A stretch of 62,180 nucleotides of DNA, filler included. It is 5 parts of 5 records of this genome, joined end to end, with 100 filler letters (N's around TTAATTAATTAA, not from the genome) between each part and the next. Parts side by side here need not be neighbours in the genome. Positions count along the whole stretch, not along the records: positions 56,248 to 62,180 come from SRR31156797_27691; 4 more parts are not named here. The stretch is one strand, 5' to 3'. Under the pieces are notes generated by a model. That model had not been told where the DNA came from. It did not search any database and was given only the letters and a program-made list of their open reading frames with translations. Position 1 is the first letter of the stretch. Each line of letters begins with the position of its first letter. Shown here in pieces: positions 56,444 through 62,180 of the stretch. Both the position numbers and the translations under genes were made by a program.

Positions 56444-57298
56444 ATGACGACCTCCTTTGAGATTGCCTTTGACGAAAGGGTGATGGGCATCTTCGGCCAT
56501 ATCAGCAAAGCCTTGGGCTTCCGGATGTCCATACTGGACACGAATTACAGGGAGCTGGCCCCGCTGGACGCCCAACCCCTCTGCGCCTACTGCCGCCTGG
56601 TCCAGCAGGATCTGGGGCTTCTGGGCGCCTGCCGGGATAACGACAGGAAGCACTGCCTGGAGGCCGCCGCCAAGGGCCGGGCGGTCAGCTACCGCTGCCA
56701 TGCGGGGCTGATGGAGACGGTCTATCCCTTTATCATTGACGGAGAGTGCCTCGCCTACTTTCTGGTGGGCCAGTTCCGCAGCAGCGAAGAAACGGCGCCG
56801 CCCATCTTTATGAGCTGCCCCCCTCCCCTGCGCCGGCGCCTCCTGAGTACATACAGAGAGCAGCCCTCCTTTGACAGGGAGAAATCCGAAAGCGCTCTGG
56901 AGATCATCCGCCTCCTGACCGAGTACATCAGCGACAACCGGCTGATCTCCATCAGACAGAAACGCCTGGCCGACAGGCTGCTTACCTTGATCGGGGACCG
57001 TCTCTCCGAGAGCTTTACCGTAACCGAGGCCGCTGCCGAAACGGGACGATCCGTTTCGACCGTAAACCAGACCCTCAAGGCCTTTACGGGCATGAGCTTC
57101 AAACAGAACCAGCTCAGCATCCGGATGGAGGCCGCCGCGAAGCTGCTGCTGGACGCGCCCGAGCGTTCTGTGGCCGAGACGGCCGCGCGGCTGGGGATGG
57201 ACGATCCCTTCTACTTCTCCCGCATCTTTAAAAAGTACAGGGGCCTCAGCCCCAGGGAGTACCGCCGGGAGCATCTCCGCACAGGAGAGGGGGATTGA
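56444..57298 (+). CDS. AraC-family regulator with PocR ligand-binding domain
   Basis: CAYCRLV...CRDND...YRCHAGLME...GQFR; C-terminal DPFYFSRIFKKYRGLSPREYR. Confidence 0.88.
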   Translation: MTTSFEIAFDERVMGIFGHISKALGFRMSILDTNYRELAPLDAQPLCAYCRLVQQDLGLLGACRDNDRKHCLEAAAKGRAVSYRCHAGLMETVYPFIIDGECLAYFLVGQFRSSEETAPPIFMSCPPPLRRRLLSTYREQPSFDREKSESALEIIRLLTEYISDNRLISIRQKRLADRLLTLIGDRLSESFTVTEAAAETGRSVSTVNQTLKAFTGMSFKQNQLSIRMEAAAKLLLDAPERSVAETAARLGMDDPFYFSRIFKKYRGLSPREYRREHLRTGEGD

Positions 57299-57345
57299 AA
57301 AAAGGGTGTCACTCGTTCATCATTGATAACAGACGAGGTGATACT

Positions 57346-58098
57346 ATGAAACTGACCCTGTTATGTGAGAATGGAATAGCCGACGCCTGCGCCCGCATCT
57401 GCCGGGGAGAGTGGGGCTTTTCAGCCTGGCTGGAATCGGGGGAGAGCCGCATCCTCTTCGATCTGGGGCATACGGATATTTGGAGAGAGAACGCCCTGGC
57501 CCTGAAGATTCCCCTGGAGAGCTGCGATATGGTCGCCCTCTCCCACCATCACTGGGACCATACGGGGGGCCTGAGGTATCATGAGTTTTCAGGAGGAAAG
57601 AGGCTGATCGCCCACCCCGACCTCCCTGACAAGCTGGATGAGAAGACCAGAGCCGTTATGGAAAGGGACTTCGGCCCCGAGCTCTCGGCATCCCCCGTCG
57701 AGATCGCTGAGGATGTGTTCTTTCTGGGAGAGATCCCCCGGATTACCGACTTCGAAAGGGGCATGCACAGGGACGATCCCATGACCGACGACACGGCCCT
57801 GGCCGTCCGCACATCCTCGGGATGCGTGATTATCAGCGGCTGCGCCCATTCGGGCATCTGCAATATCTGCGAATACGCCAAAGAAGTGACGGGACAGAAG
57901 ATCCGTTCGGTGATCGGCGGCTTTCATCTGATGAAAAGCGATACCGAACAGGTGGAGAAGACCATCGCCTATTTCAAGGCGGAGGCCCCCGAGTCCCTCT
58001 ACCCCATGCACTGCGTGGAGTTCGAGGTACAGTGCGCCTTCCATAACGCCTTCGGAACAGAAAAGCTTTGCGCGGGTGACAGCCTGGTTCTGGACTAA
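57346..58098 (+). CDS. MBL-fold metallo-hydrolase (dihydropteroate-synthase-like MBL subfamily)
   Basis: GEWGFS, ILFDLG, LSHHHWDHTGG, SGCAHSGICN, IGGFHL, PMHC; GAGGTG SD. Confidence 0.85.
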   Translation: MKLTLLCENGIADACARICRGEWGFSAWLESGESRILFDLGHTDIWRENALALKIPLESCDMVALSHHHWDHTGGLRYHEFSGGKRLIAHPDLPDKLDEKTRAVMERDFGPELSASPVEIAEDVFFLGEIPRITDFERGMHRDDPMTDDTALAVRTSSGCVIISGCAHSGICNICEYAKEVTGQKIRSVIGGFHLMKSDTEQVEKTIAYFKAEAPESLYPMHCVEFEVQCAFHNAFGTEKLCAGDSLVLD

Positions 58099-58125
58099 AG
58101 ATCATTCTTCAGCAGCAAGAAAGTA

Positions 58126-58161
58126 TTGACAACGTACATACAAGGATTTATGTTTTAATTA
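58126..58161 (+). promoter_or_regulatory. Sigma70 promoter with operator-like inverted repeat; predicted leaderless brnT transcript
   Basis: TTGACA (58126)-N17-TATGTT (58149)-N6-ATG; ACATA-N8-TATGT inverted repeat. Confidence 0.65.
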
Positions 58162-58445
58162 TGAAATTCGAATGGGATCATCGGAAAAACCAGGCTAATA
58201 TTAAAAAGCAAGGTGTTTCATTCGAAGAAGCCAGGGAGATCTTTGATGATCCTTTACATCTTTCACTCCTGGATGAAAGGTTCAGCTATTTTGAAGAAAG
58301 ATGGGTTTCAATCGGGCAATCAAAACGGTGCAAGATTATTGTTGTAGCCAATCTTTTTTTTGATGATTCAGATGAAGAAGTAGTAAGGATTATTAGTGCG
58401 AGGGAGGCGACGATTCATGAGCAAAGACAATATGAATCAATTTGA
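58161..58445 (+). CDS. BrnT family toxin
   Basis: MKFEWDHRKNQANIKKQGVSFEEA...EERW...VRIISAREAT. Confidence 0.92.
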   Translation: MKFEWDHRKNQANIKKQGVSFEEAREIFDDPLHLSLLDERFSYFEERWVSIGQSKRCKIIVVANLFFDDSDEEVVRIISAREATIHEQRQYESI

Positions 58446-58650
58446 TGATAGTTTTGAGCTGAAAGAAGAGTATGACTTCTCAAAAGGCATAAGGGGAAGA
58501 TTCTATACACCCCATAAAAAGTCGACTACCATCCGGCTGGATGACGATGTCATTCTGTTCTTCAAAAAGAAGGCAAGTGAAGAGAAAGTCGGTTATCAGA
58601 CACTTATGAATTCTGCTTTGAGAGAGTACATTCACAATCATACTGTATAG
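58417..58650 (+). CDS. BrnA family antitoxin
   Basis: EYDFSKGIRG...TTIRLDDDVILFFK...GYQTLMNSALREY; GGAGG SD. Confidence 0.9.
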   Translation: MSKDNMNQFDDSFELKEEYDFSKGIRGRFYTPHKKSTTIRLDDDVILFFKKKASEEKVGYQTLMNSALREYIHNHTV

Positions 58651-58751
58651 AGGGAACGGCTCATAGAGACAGAGTCTGAGCTGCTGTACGAAATCATTCA
58701 TTGTACAGCTTATCCTATTTTGATATCCTTTTCCCATAGAGGAATGAACCA

Positions 58752-59459
58752 TTGGAAAATCTGACATCCGACATCGTGAACTATCACAACCGGCTGAGCT
58801 ACGGCAACCTGGTTGATAAAGCCTACAACATCCTGGAAGAACTGGCGGTGACCCTGCAACTCAAGCCCGGGAGCATATGGTCCGAGATCGAGCTGAGCAA
58901 GATCATCGATATCGGCCGGACCCCTACCAGGGAGGCCGTAAAGAAGCTGGAGCTGACCCATGTCTTCAAGATCGTACCCCGCCTGGGCATAGAGGTGTCG
59001 AAGGTGCGCCTGGAAGAGTTCTATCTTCAGATGGAGGTCAGAACCGTTATGGAAAAGATGATCGCCATCCGGGCGGCCCGCTTCTCCACACCGGAAGAGA
59101 AGGAACATTTCAAAGCCCTTGCCAAGCGCTATGAAGAAGCCAATGAGGTAAAAGACCCCGTCAAATCCGTAAGGATTGACAATGAGTTCAACAACTATGT
59201 GGCCGAGTGCTCCCGCAATCCCTTCCTCACCAGCTCCATCATGCCTCTCCACGCTCTGGCGAGGCGACTCTACTTCATGCAGTACATGGCCCAGCCCGAG
59301 CTGACCACCCTGATCAACCAGGCCCATATAGACCTGATGTACGCCATCGCCGAGGGAGCCCCCGACAGGGCGGCGGAGATCTCGGACAGGCTACTGGAAT
59401 GTATCGAAAAGCTGACCCGGTCCAACTTCAATCTCCAGATGACTTACAGGATGCTGTAA
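58752..59459 (+). CDS. GntR/FCD family transcriptional regulator
   Basis: AYNILEEL...LKPG...SEIEL...IGRTPTREA...PRLG; FCD-like C-terminus. Confidence 0.88.
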   Translation: MENLTSDIVNYHNRLSYGNLVDKAYNILEELAVTLQLKPGSIWSEIELSKIIDIGRTPTREAVKKLELTHVFKIVPRLGIEVSKVRLEEFYLQMEVRTVMEKMIAIRAARFSTPEEKEHFKALAKRYEEANEVKDPVKSVRIDNEFNNYVAECSRNPFLTSSIMPLHALARRLYFMQYMAQPELTTLINQAHIDLMYAIAEGAPDRAAEISDRLLECIEKLTRSNFNLQMTYRML

Positions 59460-59513
59460 AAAGCCGCGCCCCCCGGGGAGCGCGCTCGCAAGCCAACGGT
59501 TCACAATGGCGGT

Positions 59514-60914
59514 CTAAACCTCAACGGCAACCTTGCTTATATTGGCTCCGGCGGCCTCGAGTTTCTCTCTTAAGACCTTCACATCCACATCCCGTACATC
59601 CTGCTTCTGCTTCACAGACAGGGCGGCGGCTATTCCCGCTGCCTGGCCCGTTCCCATACAGCTGATGATATCCCTGGGACAGAAGGGCTTGGCCGACAAA
59701 CGGTCGATGGAGATACAGCGGCCGGCGACCAGAAGGCCGTCGACGCTCCGGGGAACCAGGGCGCCGTAGGGGATGTCGAAGGGCTTCTGAATCCTCATGT
59801 CCTCCAGAAGCCAGGTCCCCTTCAGGCTCTTGCAGATTCCGTCTTCCCGGACCGAACCGTTGTTCAGATCATCGATCTTCACCTGCTCCACTCCCTCGAT
59901 CCGCCTGGACTCTCGGGTCCCCAGCTGGGTGGAGATGGCGGAGATGTGGGCCCGCTCGAAGCCGGGCACGTTCCTGATCAGAAAGCGGCTCAGATCCAGG
60001 ACCTTGTCCCTCAGCTCAATCTCACAGAGGTTGTAGTCGTCCTTCCGGGCGATGTCCACCTTAAACTTGTCCAGGCCCTTGATCTGGACCTCAGACTCCC
60101 GGAGCATCTGCCTGTACCGCGCCTTGTCCTCCTCTTTGGGAATATAGTTGTAGTAGCTGGAGACGGAGCTGGGGAATTCCTTGAGGGCCGCCTTGGTGCT
60201 TAGGGCGATGCCCGCCTTTTTCAGCATCTCGCTGTAGCCGGGATCCTTCTGCAGATAGTCGTGGATGACGTCCAGATCCACATTGCCCATATAGAAGCAG
60301 AGGGTCGCGGGCAGGGGATTCTCAAGATCCTGCTCGCAGGGAACCCCCGCCCTGTCGGCCACATCCGCATCGCCGGTGGTATCGATCACCACATCGGCCA
60401 TGACGGTTTCCAGCCCGTCCTTGGTGGCCAGATGAACACCGCAGACCCGGTCTCCCTTTTTCACAACGTCCACGAACTTAGCGTGGATCAAAAGATCGCA
60501 GCCCGCCTCCTGCAGCATCCGCTGGGTGACGATCTTGGTCAGCTCCGTATCGAAGGCGGTCCAGGCGGGGCAGTCGGGAACGACGGGCTGTTTGTTGTCA
60601 TAGAGCTCCAGGGCCTCATTGGGATCGATGGTGGCTCCATGGGCGACCATGGCGTCGATGTACTCGCGGGCGAAACCCTCCACCAGGGCGCGGTCCTCTA
60701 CGAAATTTTCGGCGATCAGCCATAGGGGCAGGAGGATCACCTGCCCCGCCGTCATCATGCCTCCCAGGAAGGCGTAGCGCTCAACCAGGGCGGTCCGGGC
60801 ACCTTCCCTGGCGGCGGAAAGGGCGGCGGCGATACCCGCGGGTCCGCCCCCGATGACGATCACATCGTATTCCCGCTCCTGAAGGCTGTTCAGTTCTACG
60901 TTTATCTTATTCAT
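59514..60914 (-). CDS. FAD-dependent oxidoreductase (FAD_oxidored family)
   Basis: DVIVIGGGPAGIAAA, IDTTGDAD, GTRESRRI, IPYGALVP...LLVAGRCIS, GQAAGIAAAL. Confidence 0.9.
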   Translation of the reverse strand: MNKINVELNSLQEREYDVIVIGGGPAGIAAALSAAREGARTALVERYAFLGGMMTAGQVILLPLWLIAENFVEDRALVEGFAREYIDAMVAHGATIDPNEALELYDNKQPVVPDCPAWTAFDTELTKIVTQRMLQEAGCDLLIHAKFVDVVKKGDRVCGVHLATKDGLETVMADVVIDTTGDADVADRAGVPCEQDLENPLPATLCFYMGNVDLDVIHDYLQKDPGYSEMLKKAGIALSTKAALKEFPSSVSSYYNYIPKEEDKARYRQMLRESEVQIKGLDKFKVDIARKDDYNLCEIELRDKVLDLSRFLIRNVPGFERAHISAISTQLGTRESRRIEGVEQVKIDDLNNGSVREDGICKSLKGTWLLEDMRIQKPFDIPYGALVPRSVDGLLVAGRCISIDRLSAKPFCPRDIISCMGTGQAAGIAAALSVKQKQDVRDVDVKVLREKLEAAGANISKVAVEV

Positions 60915-60933
60915 TCTTGTTCCTTATGCCCCT

Positions 60934-62148
60934 TCAGGCGGCCTCTCTGGCTTCCGACAGGAAGTGGCTGAAATCCTTTCTCTCTATCAGCAAAACGACG
61001 ATGATTCCGCCGACCAGCGCCCAGAAGGGAGCCCCGATCTTGAAGAAGGAGACGCCCGAAAGGGCGATGATAAAGGCGAAGAAGGCGCCCATCTGGAACT
61101 TGCCGGCCTGGAAGGCGTGCTGAATGGCACCCAGGATGACACCGGTCATGGCCAGACCTGCGATGGTGAAGATCAGGGTCTTGGGAAGGATGGTGATAAA
61201 GGGAACGATAACGCTGGCGAAGAAGCCGACGCTTCCGCAGATCAGGAAGTTGATGAGAACCGAGGCATAGCGGCCGTCCAGATTCTCACCCGACTCCTCG
61301 GAGGCGCAGATGGCGGTCATGGGGCCGGCGATATTGGCGTTGTGGCCGCCGAAGAAGGAGGTCACGATCCCTCCGAATCCGCTGTAGATGGTCATGGCCT
61401 TGACAGGAGCCTTGTACCCCTGAGAGCTCAGAACCCCGATGGCCTGGGCGTTCTCTGCCCCTACGACGAGGATGGCCAGAGGGATGGCTACCGAGATGAT
61501 GGCGCCCAGGTGGAAGCTGGGCATACTCAGGCTGGGCAGTATAAAGGTGGTCTCGGCGGGGGTGTACTGGAAGGCGCCCGAGAACAGGGCGGCGGCCGTC
61601 CCCACGATGATGGCCGAGAGGATGGGGGGAAACTTTTTCTTGAAGCGGTAGGTCAGAAAATAGGCCAGGATGGTGGGGATGGCGATGACGGGCGCGGAGC
61701 TGACGTTTTTTATCATTCCCGTGCAGAAACGCATCATGGCTCCGGCGATCATGGCCATGACGATGGGCATGGGGATACGCTTCATGACCTTGGTTATCAG
61801 GCCGGTTGCGCCGAGGATCAGAACGATGACACCCGCCACCAGATAGGCCCCCTGGAGATCGGACATAGAGTAGTTTTTAAGGGCTGTGGCGACCAGGGCG
61901 GCCCCGGGTATGGACCAGGCGCCCGGGATGGGCTGTTTATACTTCAGGGAAAGCAGAAGCCCTACGACAGGTCCGATGAACCAGCAGGCGAAGACCCAGG
62001 AGATGATCTGGGACTGGGGAAGACCGGCGTCCGTTCCGGCTCCGACGAGGATCAGGGCCGTGGTGGCTCCGAAAATACCGGCGATGACACCGGCGCTCAC
62101 CGTATTGACGTTCATATAGGACGGCGCTTTCTTGAGAGCGTGCAGCAT
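60934..62148 (-). CDS. Benzoate/H+ symporter BenE-family transporter
   Basis: PIPGAWSIPGAAL, AENAQAIGVL, GGHNANIAGPMTAIC, IGAPFWALVGG. Confidence 0.88.
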   Translation of the reverse strand: MLHALKKAPSYMNVNTVSAGVIAGIFGATTALILVGAGTDAGLPQSQIISWVFACWFIGPVVGLLLSLKYKQPIPGAWSIPGAALVATALKNYSMSDLQGAYLVAGVIVLILGATGLITKVMKRIPMPIVMAMIAGAMMRFCTGMIKNVSSAPVIAIPTILAYFLTYRFKKKFPPILSAIIVGTAAALFSGAFQYTPAETTFILPSLSMPSFHLGAIISVAIPLAILVVGAENAQAIGVLSSQGYKAPVKAMTIYSGFGGIVTSFFGGHNANIAGPMTAICASEESGENLDGRYASVLINFLICGSVGFFASVIVPFITILPKTLIFTIAGLAMTGVILGAIQHAFQAGKFQMGAFFAFIIALSGVSFFKIGAPFWALVGGIIVVLLIERKDFSHFLSEAREAA

Positions 62149-62180
62149 GCTTCTGTTTTCTGAAACAGTCTGTTGACTCA

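Noticed and set aside
60964-62163. 399-aa plus-strand ORF
   Set aside because: Antisense shadow of the GC-rich BenE gene with no recognisable motifs.

Overview
The window is five separate contigs joined by identical 100-bp N44-TTAATTAATTAA-N44 linkers (6729-6828, 37910-38009, 49721-49820, 56148-56247). They appear to come from different organisms; all taxonomic labels below are inferred from gene style only. (1) 1-6728, spirochaete-like: XylR regulator, mglBAC-type sugar ABC transporter, YesN-like response regulator, partial epimerase. (2) 6829-37909, Desulfobacterota-like: a TPR+TatT/TatP/Q/M (TPAT) transporter, then an ~11-kb minus-strand accessory island, then housekeeping genes (class III cyclase, M23 peptidase, secA, argJ, manC, phosphomannomutase, polyprenyl synthase). 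The island order is methyltransferase, LuxR solo, lux-box promoter, HTH-only LuxR, fibre-like protein with a split tail-collar domain, signal-peptide-bearing RHS protein, and a secreted partner that begins with a lone YD hairpin. (3) 38010-49720, AT-rich FCB-group-like: hpt-ftsH-folP-cdaA, then a PorU-like C25 peptidase, a PorV-like gene, a lipoprotein, an SLBB protein and partial ahcY. (4) 49821-56147: D-aminoacylase, MBL hydrolase, cyclase-family protein, 7TM-PAS-GGDEF diguanylate cyclase, acyl-CoA ligase. (5) 56248-62180: PocR-AraC regulator, MBL protein, BrnT/BrnA toxin-antitoxin pair, GntR, FAD oxidoreductase, BenE transporter. The best candidate for an undescribed system is the island at 12108-23134. 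No rRNA, tRNA, CRISPR array or transposase was recognised.
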